Positions 14,090 to 23,493 of a DNA stretch of 46,999 nucleotides are shown one piece after another. The position numbers were made by a program, and so were the translations under genes. Under the pieces are notes generated by a model, which had not been told where the DNA came from, did not search any database, and worked only from the letters and a program-made list of their open reading frames with translations. The stretch lies in assembly GCA_007695205.1 (NCBI GenBank), contig REEF01000690.1:1-46999 (forward strand), written 5' to 3'. The stretch's first letter is position 1. Every line of letters begins with the position of its first letter. This DNA is from Planctomycetaceae bacterium (GTDB taxonomy: Bacteria > Planctomycetota > Planctomycetia > Pirellulales > Pirellulaceae).

Positions 14090-16729
14090 ATGAACATCAA
14101 CTTGAACCAATCGATAAAAGACTTTGTACGCTGGGCAGTCTGCTGTGTATTGGCGATCGCCCTCGGCTTGCCAACGACAAACTCGTTCGCGGCAGCACCT
14201 GAGTACGAGCGCGATGTGCTGCCGTTCCTCAAGCGGCATTGCTATTCGTGCCATGACGCCAAGCAGGCCAAGGCCGGTTTGCGTCTCGATGAGCTCGGCA
14301 CAGATTTCCTGCGCGGCACAACGGCGGATAACTGGCATGAGGTCATCAACCAGATCAACAGTGGCGAGATGCCGCCGGAGGATGAACCACGACCTGATCC
14401 CAAGGCGGCGTTTGCGGTGGTCGAGTGGGTCGGAGCGAAGCTGAAAGAGGCCGAGAAGCTGGCGCGTATGAGCGGCGGACGCATCCTGATGCGGCGACTC
14501 AATCGGCAGGAGTATGCCAATACCGTCGGTGATCTCTTCCGGCTCGATTCACACTTTATCGAGAAACTCAAACGGGAACTGCCCGCTGATGGCAAAGCGG
14601 AAGGCTTCGATCGGCTCAGCAGTGCGTTGTTCTTCGATCAGACGCAAATGGCCAGCTATCTCGAATGGACGGCGGAGATCGCTCGCGAAGCCGTTCAATC
14701 CACTCCTCCTACGTCTGTAAAATACACCTGGGAAGCGAACAAGCACCTTTCTGGCGAAGCTGTGCGTCAAAAGGTCAATGAAAACCTGGATCACATGATC
14801 GAGACCGGTCCGCCGACTTACTTCAAGACCGATAAAGGAATGATTATCCGTTCCGTGAATATGTATGGCCATAGAAACTGGGAGTTTATTGACGTCCCGG
14901 CTGGTGTTCGTCCTTCGCTGACCAGTTTGGTCAAAGCGGATGGCTATTACCGCATTCGATTCAAAGGGGGAAGCGACCCCGGTGACCGTGGCGAGCCGAT
15001 TCGAGTGAGGCTCCTCTACGGCGGAGGAACGCCGCTTGAACAAACGTTCGAGTTCAAACCCAATGGGACGCTGGACAACCCGGCTGTCACGGAGATGACC
15101 GTGTTCCTTCGCGCGGGCGAACCCGACATGACCAGAGGCATCTCGATCACTTGGAACGGCATTTGGGATGCGCGCATCAATCATCCCGGCTGGGAAGCTC
15201 TCAATATGCGCATCATGGTGGGCGGTGCAAAAATTGGGCAAGCCGTCGCGAAGAAGGATGACGACGGGCTCAAGAAGGCCCGAGCAGATCTCGACAACGC
15301 CTTGGCGGAGGCGAAGGCGTTCACTGGCACGCGCTGGATCCACAACGAGAAATACAATATCGACACACTGCCCAAGCTGCTTCTTGACACGATCGAAGTG
15401 GAAGGTCCTGTGTCAAAAGAATGGCCGCCGGCAAGTCATGTCGTCCTCGGACTCGATGCGAAGACACCGCAGGACGAAGTCGGCCTGCGTGCGGCCTTCT
15501 CGAAGCTGCTGCCGCGTGCGTATCGACGGACAGTTCAAGCGGAGGAGATAGACCGCCTCGTCAACATCGCCGCCAAGGCCATGCGCGACGAGAAGCTCGA
15601 CTTCCATGCCGCTCTGCGTTTGGGCTTGCAGACGATGCTGGTCTCGCCCGGCTTCGTTTTCTTGCAGGAACCGCAGGCCAGCGACGCATCGGCTGTGCGT
15701 CCCCTGAACGACTACGAACTCGCAAGCCGCCTCTCTTACTTTCTGTGGAGTTCGCTGCCCGATGACGAGTTGTTTGCACTTGCGGACAAGGGCACGTTGA
15801 GAGATCCCGCGACGCTGAGTGCTCAGGTTACGCGAATGTTGGCCGATCCGAAGAGCCGCCGTTTTGTGGAGAACTTCGCTGGTCAGTGGCTCGATGTGGA
15901 ACAATTCGGCAGCGTCGAGCCCGCGATGGAATACAAGGACTACGACGCGAAGCTGAGAGCCGCCGAGCGCGAAGAACCGCTCGCGTTCTTTCAGCAGGTG
16001 CTCAGCGAAAACCTGCCGGTGACGTATTTTCTCGATTCGCCGTTCCTGGTCATCAACGAGCGGCTTGCCCGACACTATGGCATCGACGGTGTGACGGGCG
16101 AGGCGTTTCAGAAAGTCGCGTTGCGTCCCGAGCATCATCGCGGCGGCGTGCTGGGAATGGCGGGGTTGATGACGCTCTTGTCCGACGGCACTCGCACGCT
16201 GCCGGTGCGACGCGGCGCGTGGGTGCTGGAAAAACTACTCAACGATCCGTCACCGCCCCCTCCGCCCAACGCCGGTGAGATTCAGCCCAACACTGCCGGC
16301 GCGAGACTCACCGTTCGCGAGCGACTGGCAAAACACCGCAGCGAACCCAACTGTGCCAGTTGCCATGCGAAACTCGATTCGTATGGCCTCGCGCTCGAAA
16401 ACTACGACGCCATCGGTCGCTGGCGTGAGCAGCAAAATGGCGAAGGGATCAGCGGGCCCAAAGCGCCGGTCATCGATCCCAGCGGCGCGTTGAAGTCGGG
16501 CCGTGAGTTCAGCGACCTCGCTGGCTACAAGGCCGCGCTCCTCGCCGAAAAAGAGAAGTTCGTCCGTGCCTTTAGCGAGAAGCTGCTCACCTACGCCCTT
16601 GGCCGACCTGTCGGGTATGTCGACAACACCACGCTCGAACAGATTACTACGACCACCGGGAAGTCCGACCACCGGCTGCAGGACCTGATCCAAGCCGTTG
16701 TTTCCTCCGAACCCTTTCTCACAAAGTAG
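14090..16729 (+). CDS. Secreted DUF1592-family protein with two CxxCH motifs, paralog 2
   Basis: ATG 14090 gives MNINLNQSIKDFVRWAVCCVLAIALGLPTTNSFA. Motifs: CYSCH..INSGEMPPE, RRLNRQEYANTVGDLF, LASRLSYFLWSSLPDDEL, HRGGVLGMAGL, PSPPPPPN, CASCHAKLDSYGLALENY. The upstream in-frame MTGWKPIPR is encoded by the family-B repeat and is rejected as a start. Confidence 0.9.
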   Translation: MNINLNQSIKDFVRWAVCCVLAIALGLPTTNSFAAAPEYERDVLPFLKRHCYSCHDAKQAKAGLRLDELGTDFLRGTTADNWHEVINQINSGEMPPEDEPRPDPKAAFAVVEWVGAKLKEAEKLARMSGGRILMRRLNRQEYANTVGDLFRLDSHFIEKLKRELPADGKAEGFDRLSSALFFDQTQMASYLEWTAEIAREAVQSTPPTSVKYTWEANKHLSGEAVRQKVNENLDHMIETGPPTYFKTDKGMIIRSVNMYGHRNWEFIDVPAGVRPSLTSLVKADGYYRIRFKGGSDPGDRGEPIRVRLLYGGGTPLEQTFEFKPNGTLDNPAVTEMTVFLRAGEPDMTRGISITWNGIWDARINHPGWEALNMRIMVGGAKIGQAVAKKDDDGLKKARADLDNALAEAKAFTGTRWIHNEKYNIDTLPKLLLDTIEVEGPVSKEWPPASHVVLGLDAKTPQDEVGLRAAFSKLLPRAYRRTVQAEEIDRLVNIAAKAMRDEKLDFHAALRLGLQTMLVSPGFVFLQEPQASDASAVRPLNDYELASRLSYFLWSSLPDDELFALADKGTLRDPATLSAQVTRMLADPKSRRFVENFAGQWLDVEQFGSVEPAMEYKDYDAKLRAAEREEPLAFFQQVLSENLPVTYFLDSPFLVINERLARHYGIDGVTGEAFQKVALRPEHHRGGVLGMAGLMTLLSDGTRTLPVRRGAWVLEKLLNDPSPPPPPNAGEIQPNTAGARLTVRERLAKHRSEPNCASCHAKLDSYGLALENYDAIGRWREQQNGEGISGPKAPVIDPSGALKSGREFSDLAGYKAALLAEKEKFVRAFSEKLLTYALGRPVGYVDNTTLEQITTTTGKSDHRLQDLIQAVVSSEPFLTK

Positions 16730-16734
16730 CTGCC

Positions 16735-18102
16735 ATGAACATCAAGCAACCTGATAGTCGCCTTGCTCGCCGCACGCTGCTTCGTGGCGCGGGTGTCGCT
16801 CTGGCCTTGCCGTGGCTGGAGTCCATGTCGTCGCTCGCTCGAGCAGCCGACACCGCTGGCGGCATCGACGAATCGGAACGACCCAAGCGAGCCGTCTTCA
16901 CCATGTGGGGTCTCGGCGTGAATGGTCGCGACTACACGCCCACGACGTTTGGCCGCGAGTGGGAAGCCACGACCATCCTGAAACCCGTGTCGCATCTGCG
17001 GGATGAGTTCACGCTCATCAGCGGCCTGAAGCTGACCCACTCCGGCGGCCACGGTGGTGACCGCACCTTCTTGACCGGCACCGCCACGCACAAAGCCGAC
17101 GCCAAGCTCCGCATCTCCGCCGATCAAGAACTCGCCGAGGCAATTGGCAAAGCGACACGATTCCCGAGCCTCGTGCTTGGCGTTCATCGCGGCACCGGCT
17201 TCGGCAGCGGCACGATTGATAAGACGCTGGCCTGGACCCGGGGCGGCACCCCGATTCCCGCCGAGAACCGCCCGCACATTCTTTTCGACAAGCTCTTCCG
17301 CGCCGAAAGCGCCGCAGAAATCGCCGCGCGCAGAGCAGGATCAGGCCGCACCGGCAGCGTGCTCGATGCGGTGCGCGACGAGGCCAAACGCTTGCAGAAC
17401 CGCCTCGGCAAAGAGGACCAGGCGAAACTCGACGAGTACTTCAATTCCATTCGCGATGTCGAACAAAACATCGCCACAGATCTCGCGTGGCTCGACAAAC
17501 CAAAGCCCGAAGTCGCCGCGATCGACTTCGGCCAGAATGTCCAGGCGCTCGATCCCGAGTTGCAGGCGAAGGGGAACTTCGATTACCGCCGCTACCAGCG
17601 TCTGATGTTCGACGTCATCGCACTTGCGCTGCAGACGGATAGCACGCGTGTCATCAATTACTACGCGCGCCGCGATCTCAACGACGGTACACACTGTTAT
17701 GCCTACAAAGGCTGTCCTTATGGTTATCACGAGATGACGCACCACGGCGAGGAGGCCGACAAGCTCAAGTGGCTGACCACTGTCGACACGTGGTACATGG
17801 AAGACTGGGCCTACTTCATTGAGAAGCTTAGGAGCGTGAAGGAAGGTGACGGCACGTTGCTCGACAACACGCTGCTCGTCTGGGGCAGCAGCGGCGGCAC
17901 CGAGAACGCGCACAACAACACAAACCTCCCCACGATGCTTGTCGGCGGCCAAAAGCTCGGCATCAAGCACCAAGGCCACCTCCAAAAGAAAGACGTTCTC
18001 CTCGGCAATCTCTGGCAGACCATGTTCGGCGTCATGGGCGTCGCGGTACCGAAGGATTTTCAAGGCGGCGAAGCCGACGGCGCAATCAAGGAACTCGTAT
18101 GA
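16735..18102 (+). CDS. DUF1552 domain protein with TAT-type leader (partner of paralog 2)
   Basis: Leader LARRTLLRGAGVALALPWLESM. Also HSGGHGGDRTFLTG, LQTDSTRVINYY and YHEMTHHGEE. The gene starts 5 nt after the upstream stop. Confidence 0.9.
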   Translation: MNIKQPDSRLARRTLLRGAGVALALPWLESMSSLARAADTAGGIDESERPKRAVFTMWGLGVNGRDYTPTTFGREWEATTILKPVSHLRDEFTLISGLKLTHSGGHGGDRTFLTGTATHKADAKLRISADQELAEAIGKATRFPSLVLGVHRGTGFGSGTIDKTLAWTRGGTPIPAENRPHILFDKLFRAESAAEIAARRAGSGRTGSVLDAVRDEAKRLQNRLGKEDQAKLDEYFNSIRDVEQNIATDLAWLDKPKPEVAAIDFGQNVQALDPELQAKGNFDYRRYQRLMFDVIALALQTDSTRVINYYARRDLNDGTHCYAYKGCPYGYHEMTHHGEEADKLKWLTTVDTWYMEDWAYFIEKLRSVKEGDGTLLDNTLLVWGSSGGTENAHNNTNLPTMLVGGQKLGIKHQGHLQKKDVLLGNLWQTMFGVMGVAVPKDFQGGEADGAIKELV

Positions 18103-18111
18103 ACTGCCCGA

Positions 18112-18183
18112 GGGATAGGCTTCCAGCCTGTCCGAATTGTTCCAGATTGGCTTGGCTATTCCGACAGGCTGGAAGCCTATCCC
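18112..18183. repeat. Family-B palindromic element (perfect 21-nt arms, 30-nt spacer)
   Basis: GGGATAGGCTTCCAGCCTGTC (18112-18132) is the exact reverse complement of GACAGGCTGGAAGCCTATCCC (18163-18183). The next 7 nt inward pair at 5 of 7 positions. Confidence 0.85.
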
Positions 18184-18232
18184 ACGTACACGGAACAGAA
18201 CTCATCATCAACATCGCAGGGTTGAGAGACTC

Positions 18233-20728
18233 ATGATTCGTTCGACTTTCTCTGGATTCATTGTCGCGGTTGCTGTGGTAGTCGCGTTCTGCGTTGGCGG
18301 TGCGCGATGCGGGTTCGCGGATGAAGTTGATCCTCAAGTCACCGCGTTTCTGAATCGGTATTGCGTCGAGTGTCATGGCGCGACCAAGCCGAAGGGGGAC
18401 TTTCGCGTTGATGCCTTGAAGATTGCCACGAACGCCGCGGACGCGGAGAACTGGCAGCTTGTTCTCGACAATCTGCAACTCGGCGAGATGCCGCCCAAGG
18501 AAGCTAAGCAGCCAAAGCAAACCGAGGTGGAGCAAGTCACGAGTTGGATCCAGAACGAATTGTCGCGTGCCGCGGCGGAACTCAAAGGGACCGGCGGCGA
18601 AGTGGTACTGCGGCGGCTCAACCGTGTGGAATATCAAAACACCATCGCGGACCTGTTCGATGTGCATGGCGACTTCACGTCCGGGTTTCCAGAGGACGTC
18701 CTCGACCACGGATTCGACAACAACGGCGCGGCGCTCATGCTCTCTGCCGCGCAGATGCAGGAATACATGAAGGCGGCGGAGTTTGTCCTGGCCCGGGCGA
18801 TCGCCCCGGCCAAGCGGCCCGAGACGGTGAGCAAGACCATGACACTTCATGAGGGCAATCGCAAAGGCATCGAACTCGCCCGTAAGGGCCTCGAGGACCG
18901 TCTGGCCAACTTCGACAAACTCGGGCCCGTCGAGCAGAAGCACACCCTGCAGATACAGGCCGCGGCGAAAGACGACCCCGCCTATGGCTATCGTTTCCCC
19001 GTGCGTGAAAACGGCATGCTGCGCCCGCCGAAACCCGACGACGGCCCGCAGCTCGACGCCGTGATCACCGTGCAGCAGTATTTCAGCGGTGAGCCCCAAT
19101 TCGGTCTTCCCGCCGGGCGCGGCTGGTATCGGGTGAAAGCGGTGGCCTATGCGCTGAAGAACGACGGCAAGCCCGTGCGGCTGAAGTTCACCGTCCAAGA
19201 GGGTTATTCAGGCAAGCTGCCGAAAGCGGAAAGCGTCTTCGCCTTCACCGATGAGCAGCCGCGCGAGGTCGAGGCCCGCTATTACCTGGAGCCGGGCGAC
19301 CGCGTGGTGTTCACGATGATGGATGGCGCACCGCACAGCCAGGGCCGCACAATGATTGACCAGCCCGGTCCCTTCATCGCCATCCGCTCGTTCAGCATCG
19401 AAGGCCCGATCTATGAGAGCTGGCCGCCGAAGGGGCATCGCACTTTGTTTGGCGACATCGATCCGACGCAACCCACGCCGGAGAAAGCCGCCGCCATCGC
19501 GGCGCATCTCGCGCCGAAGCTCTTTCGCCGACCCGTGGATGATGCCTCTGTGGCGAAGTACCGAGCGCTGTATGAGAAGTTCACGAAGACGACGACACCG
19601 GACGAGGCGCTGCGTGGCATGTTGGCCGCGATGCTTGTTTCGCCGCGTTTTCTCTACCACGAAGAGCCGCCCAGCGGTCCCGACGCCTTCGCTATCGCGT
19701 CGCGAATGTCCTATTTCCTCTGGCGCTCCACGCCGGATGACGAGCTGCTGAAGGCTGCGGCGGATGGCAGCTTGCTCGATGTCACGAAACGGCGCGCACA
19801 GGCCGAACGCATGTTGGCCGATGCTCGCTCTGCCCGCTTTGTGAATGACTTCACCGGCCAATGGCTGCGAGTGCGCGAAGTGGGCGTGATGAAGGCGAAC
19901 GCCGACCTCTATCCCGAATACGATGCCGAACTCGAAGCCGCCATGAGCGGTGAGACGGAGCATTTCATATCGGAGATGTTTCGACGCGATCTGCCGCTCG
20001 CCAATCTCATCGACTCCGACTGGACCATGCTTAACGAGCGGCTCGCGAAGCACTACGGCATCGAGGGAGTGGTCGGTCCTGATTTCCGACACGTGAGTTT
20101 GGACAAGTCGAAGACGGTGCGCGGAGGATTGTTGACACATGCGAGCATTCATGCGGTCACGTCAAACGGTAGCACAACTTCGCCCGTAGTTCGCGGCACC
20201 TGGGTGCTCGAAAAGTTCCTCGGCACACCCGCGCCACCACCACCGCCGGACGTGCCGGCCATCGAGCCGGACATTCGCGGTGCCACCACCATCAAGGAGC
20301 AGCTCGCGAAGCATCGCGACATCGCCAGTTGCAATTCGTGTCACCGCAAGATCGACCCGCTCGGCTTTGCTCTGGAGAACTTCGACGTCATTGGTGGCTG
20401 GCGGGACCACTACCGAGCACTCATTGAGCCAAAACCCGGTGCTCGCGCCAAACTTTCCGACGGCCCACTCGTCGATTCTTCGGATGCATGGGAGGGCGTG
20501 GGTCGATTTAACACCTTCCAGGAGTTCCGCGAGCTGGTGAAGACGCGCGAAGACCTCGTCACGCAAAACCTAACGCACCAACTCGCGACGTTCGCGCTGG
20601 GCCGTGCGCCCGGATTCGCCGACCGGCAACCGCTCAAAGCCATCGCCACCAATGTTCGCGAAAAGAAGAGCGGTATGAAGTCGCTCGTGCTCGACCTCGT
20701 CTCCAGCCCAGCTTTTACCAATCCATGA
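18233..20728 (+). CDS. Secreted DUF1592-family protein with two CxxCH motifs, paralog 3
   Basis: ATG 18233 gives MIRSTFSGFIVAVAVVVAFCVGGARCGFA. Motifs: CVECH..LQLGEMPPKE, RRLNRVEYQNTIADLF, IASRMSYFLWRSTPDDEL, VRGGLLTHASI, PAPPPPPD, CNSCHRKIDPLGFALENF. Confidence 0.9.
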   Translation: MIRSTFSGFIVAVAVVVAFCVGGARCGFADEVDPQVTAFLNRYCVECHGATKPKGDFRVDALKIATNAADAENWQLVLDNLQLGEMPPKEAKQPKQTEVEQVTSWIQNELSRAAAELKGTGGEVVLRRLNRVEYQNTIADLFDVHGDFTSGFPEDVLDHGFDNNGAALMLSAAQMQEYMKAAEFVLARAIAPAKRPETVSKTMTLHEGNRKGIELARKGLEDRLANFDKLGPVEQKHTLQIQAAAKDDPAYGYRFPVRENGMLRPPKPDDGPQLDAVITVQQYFSGEPQFGLPAGRGWYRVKAVAYALKNDGKPVRLKFTVQEGYSGKLPKAESVFAFTDEQPREVEARYYLEPGDRVVFTMMDGAPHSQGRTMIDQPGPFIAIRSFSIEGPIYESWPPKGHRTLFGDIDPTQPTPEKAAAIAAHLAPKLFRRPVDDASVAKYRALYEKFTKTTTPDEALRGMLAAMLVSPRFLYHEEPPSGPDAFAIASRMSYFLWRSTPDDELLKAAADGSLLDVTKRRAQAERMLADARSARFVNDFTGQWLRVREVGVMKANADLYPEYDAELEAAMSGETEHFISEMFRRDLPLANLIDSDWTMLNERLAKHYGIEGVVGPDFRHVSLDKSKTVRGGLLTHASIHAVTSNGSTTSPVVRGTWVLEKFLGTPAPPPPPDVPAIEPDIRGATTIKEQLAKHRDIASCNSCHRKIDPLGFALENFDVIGGWRDHYRALIEPKPGARAKLSDGPLVDSSDAWEGVGRFNTFQEFRELVKTREDLVTQNLTHQLATFALGRAPGFADRQPLKAIATNVREKKSGMKSLVLDLVSSPAFTNP

Positions 20729-23493
20729 ACCGACTTCTGCCCTTCACTGCTTGGACCCTCACGCTTCTGACGGGAGTCCTGCTTCTTGTCGCGCCCCTGC
20801 ATCTATCGGCGGCGGAGGGCGATGGGATCGCGTTCTTCGAGAAACATGTCCGGCCGGTTTTGGTCCAGCATTGTTATGAATGCCACTCGCTCAAAGATGG
20901 GAAGAAGCAAGGCAATCTGTTACTCGACAGCCGCGAAGGATTGCTGCAGGGCGGAGATTCCGGACCGGCGATCGTGCCGGGCGATCCGGCGGCGAGTTTG
21001 CTTGTCCAGGCCATCCGCTATGCGGACGGGGGCTTGGAAATGCCGCCGAAACAAAAGCTGCCGGAAGAGGCGATTCGACAGTTGGAGTCCTGGGTGGCGA
21101 TGGGCGCGCCCGATCCGCGGGAGTCGCGGGGAATCGCTGCGGGAGGATCGCCGGGCGTCGATTTTGTGAAGGCGAGGCAGCATTGGGCGTTTCAGCCGGA
21201 GAAAGACTCGCCGCCACCGAAGATCGCTGCCGACTGGGTGCGTCAGGATATCGACAGGTATGTCCTCGCGAAGCTGCGGGATCGAGGTTGGTCGCCGGGC
21301 GTGGAGGCAGACCGCGCGGAACTCATCAAGCGGCTTTACGCGACGCTGACCGGGCTGCCGCCATCTTATGAGGAAGTGCAAGCTTTCACGCGGGGCGAGA
21401 GGACCGTGGAAGAAACGATCGATGCGTTGTTGAAGAGTCCGCAGTATGGCGAGCATTGGGGGCGGCACTGGCTGGATGTGGCGCGGTACGCAGACACGAT
21501 GGAGGTCGTGTTTGACATGGGGCGGGTGTATCCCTTCGCCCACACCTACCGGGACTGGGTGATCCAGGCGCATAACGCCGACCTACCGATGAACCGCTTC
21601 ATCGAACTTCAGATCGCGGCGGACAAGTTGATTTCGGCGGACTGTAAGGAATCGGGCGATCTGGCCGCGCTGGGTTTTCTTACCGTCGGCCGCCAGTTTT
21701 TCGGCGACCAGCAGTTGCAGGTGGACGACCAAATTGATGTGGTCACACGTGGTCTGATGGGGCTGACGGTCGCTTGTTCGCGTTGCCATGATCATAAGTT
21801 CGAGGCGATCCCGACGGCCGACTACTATTCGCTCTATGGGGTGTTCGCCAGTTCGCGTCCGGCGGACGACATGCCATGGATCGGTTACGAGCCGAACCAC
21901 GATCCCGAGAAGGCGGCAACGTATCACGAGGAACGGCAGAAACGCTTGGTGGCCATCGAGGAGCATGTGGTCGAGTGTTTGGCCGACGCGCGAAAGCACG
22001 TGGAGGACTCGGCCCGACTCTACTTGAACTACCTCGCCCTACAGGAGCCGAATCACCGGCCCCAAGACGGCCAAGTGTCCACTTCGACGTCCGAGATTCA
22101 ACTGCGTCCGGCAATCATCGAGCGCTACACGAAATTCCTCGCCGCGAAAAAGGCGGGGGCCGATTCGTTGTTCGGACTCTGGAGCCGTGCGGCGGCGATG
22201 CCGCGCGACGGTGTGGAATCTGGGCTCACGGACCTGCGTCGGAAGGAAGGCGACATTCTGCATCCGTGGTTGGATGCGGAACTGAAAGACAGGAAGACTC
22301 CGGCGAGCATGCTGGAGGTCAGCGACCTCTACGCGCAGGTGTTTGCTCGGGCCAGTGCCCGGGCCGATGCCGAAGCCGTGGCGATGGCGGAGAAATTGTT
22401 CGGTGAGCAGTCGGCTCTGCGTGTGACGCGTCTGGACATCATCGACGACAGCCGCGTCACCGTTCCGCTGATCCGCACGATCACCAACAAGCAGTTCTTC
22501 CGCTTCAATGGCCGACGGCAGGGGCTGCACGCTCTGGAGTTCGGCGCGCCGGTAAAGCGGGCGATGGTGCTGGAGCCCCGCGAACTTGTGGAGCCGGTCG
22601 TCTTCGTTCGTGGCGATCCGAAATCGCCAGGCCAGCGCGTGTCGCGCCAGTTCCTACAAATCCTGCGCGACCGTGCGCCCGATCCCGGACCGTGGCCGGA
22701 TGATGGTCGCTTGCAATTGGCACGGGCCACGGTGGCGGACGCCAATCCGCTGACCGCCCGTGTGCTGGTCAACCGAGTCTGGGCTCTGCACTTCGGGCGC
22801 GGCTTGGTACCGACACTGGACAATTTCGGCGTCAACACGCCCGAGCCGGAACACGCCGCATTGCTCGATCATCTCGCGCTCTGGTTCAAACGCCACGGGT
22901 GGTCGTTGAAGGCGTTGCACCGCTACATCCTGACTTCAGCAACGTGGCAGCAGAGCAGCCGCGTCGAGAATCGCGAAGCTGCTCAGGGCGATCCCGAGAA
23001 CGTTCTTCTCTGGCGGCAGAACCCGCGCCGGCTGAGCTACGAAGGCATCCGCGACACGCTTTTGAGCGTGTCCGGCAATCTCGACCGACGCATGGGCGGA
23101 CCGTCGCTGCCGATTGATGCCGCCAGCAATCAGCGACGCACCGTTTACGCCTATATCGACCGGTTCACCTTCCAGCCACTACCGCGAGCGTTCGGGGCTC
23201 CTCTGGCCGAAACCGCCGTTCTGGAGCGAAAGCAGACCCTCGTGCCGCAACAGGCGCTCTTCATGATGAACCATCCTTTTGTCGCTCGGCAGGCTTCTGC
23301 ACTGGTGAGTCGTTTTGCACCAGGAACATTGCTCGAGCAAAGAGTGACCGAGCTTTACCGCGCGGTGCTAGCCCGCGATCCCGAGCCGGATGAGCTGCAA
23401 TTAGCGAGGCAGTTTTTCGAATCGGATGACGCGACATGGACGGATTATGCTCAGGCACTGCTCATGAATCACGAACTGATCTACTTACGATGA
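20725..23493 (+). CDS. PSCyt1/PSCyt2(DUF1549)/PSD1(DUF1553) protein
   Basis: Signal MNRLLPFTAWTLTLLTGVLLLVAPLHLSAA. Motifs: FFEKHVRPVLVQHCYECHS, GLEMPPK, HWAFQP, HWLDVARYAD, CSRCHDHKFEAIPTADYYSLYGVF, NRVWALHFGRGLV, MGGPS. Its ATG overlaps the paralog-3 stop (ATGA 20725-20728). Confidence 0.9.
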   Translation: MNRLLPFTAWTLTLLTGVLLLVAPLHLSAAEGDGIAFFEKHVRPVLVQHCYECHSLKDGKKQGNLLLDSREGLLQGGDSGPAIVPGDPAASLLVQAIRYADGGLEMPPKQKLPEEAIRQLESWVAMGAPDPRESRGIAAGGSPGVDFVKARQHWAFQPEKDSPPPKIAADWVRQDIDRYVLAKLRDRGWSPGVEADRAELIKRLYATLTGLPPSYEEVQAFTRGERTVEETIDALLKSPQYGEHWGRHWLDVARYADTMEVVFDMGRVYPFAHTYRDWVIQAHNADLPMNRFIELQIAADKLISADCKESGDLAALGFLTVGRQFFGDQQLQVDDQIDVVTRGLMGLTVACSRCHDHKFEAIPTADYYSLYGVFASSRPADDMPWIGYEPNHDPEKAATYHEERQKRLVAIEEHVVECLADARKHVEDSARLYLNYLALQEPNHRPQDGQVSTSTSEIQLRPAIIERYTKFLAAKKAGADSLFGLWSRAAAMPRDGVESGLTDLRRKEGDILHPWLDAELKDRKTPASMLEVSDLYAQVFARASARADAEAVAMAEKLFGEQSALRVTRLDIIDDSRVTVPLIRTITNKQFFRFNGRRQGLHALEFGAPVKRAMVLEPRELVEPVVFVRGDPKSPGQRVSRQFLQILRDRAPDPGPWPDDGRLQLARATVADANPLTARVLVNRVWALHFGRGLVPTLDNFGVNTPEPEHAALLDHLALWFKRHGWSLKALHRYILTSATWQQSSRVENREAAQGDPENVLLWRQNPRRLSYEGIRDTLLSVSGNLDRRMGGPSLPIDAASNQRRTVYAYIDRFTFQPLPRAFGAPLAETAVLERKQTLVPQQALFMMNHPFVARQASALVSRFAPGTLLEQRVTELYRAVLARDPEPDELQLARQFFESDDATWTDYAQALLMNHELIYLR

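Noticed and set aside
18086-19198. 370-aa minus-strand ORF antisense to DUF1592 paralog 3. Similar long antisense ORFs occur at 35038..36318 (426 aa), 33248..34441 (397 aa), 26331..27293 (320 aa), 10496..11356, 24120..24944, 19208..20152, 17341..18063, 2036..2716 and 45567..46715.
   Set aside because: Each lies entirely opposite a gene with strong family motifs. They are rich in Arg, Gly, His and Ala, as expected for shadow frames in GC-rich DNA, and none shows a recognisable motif or signal.
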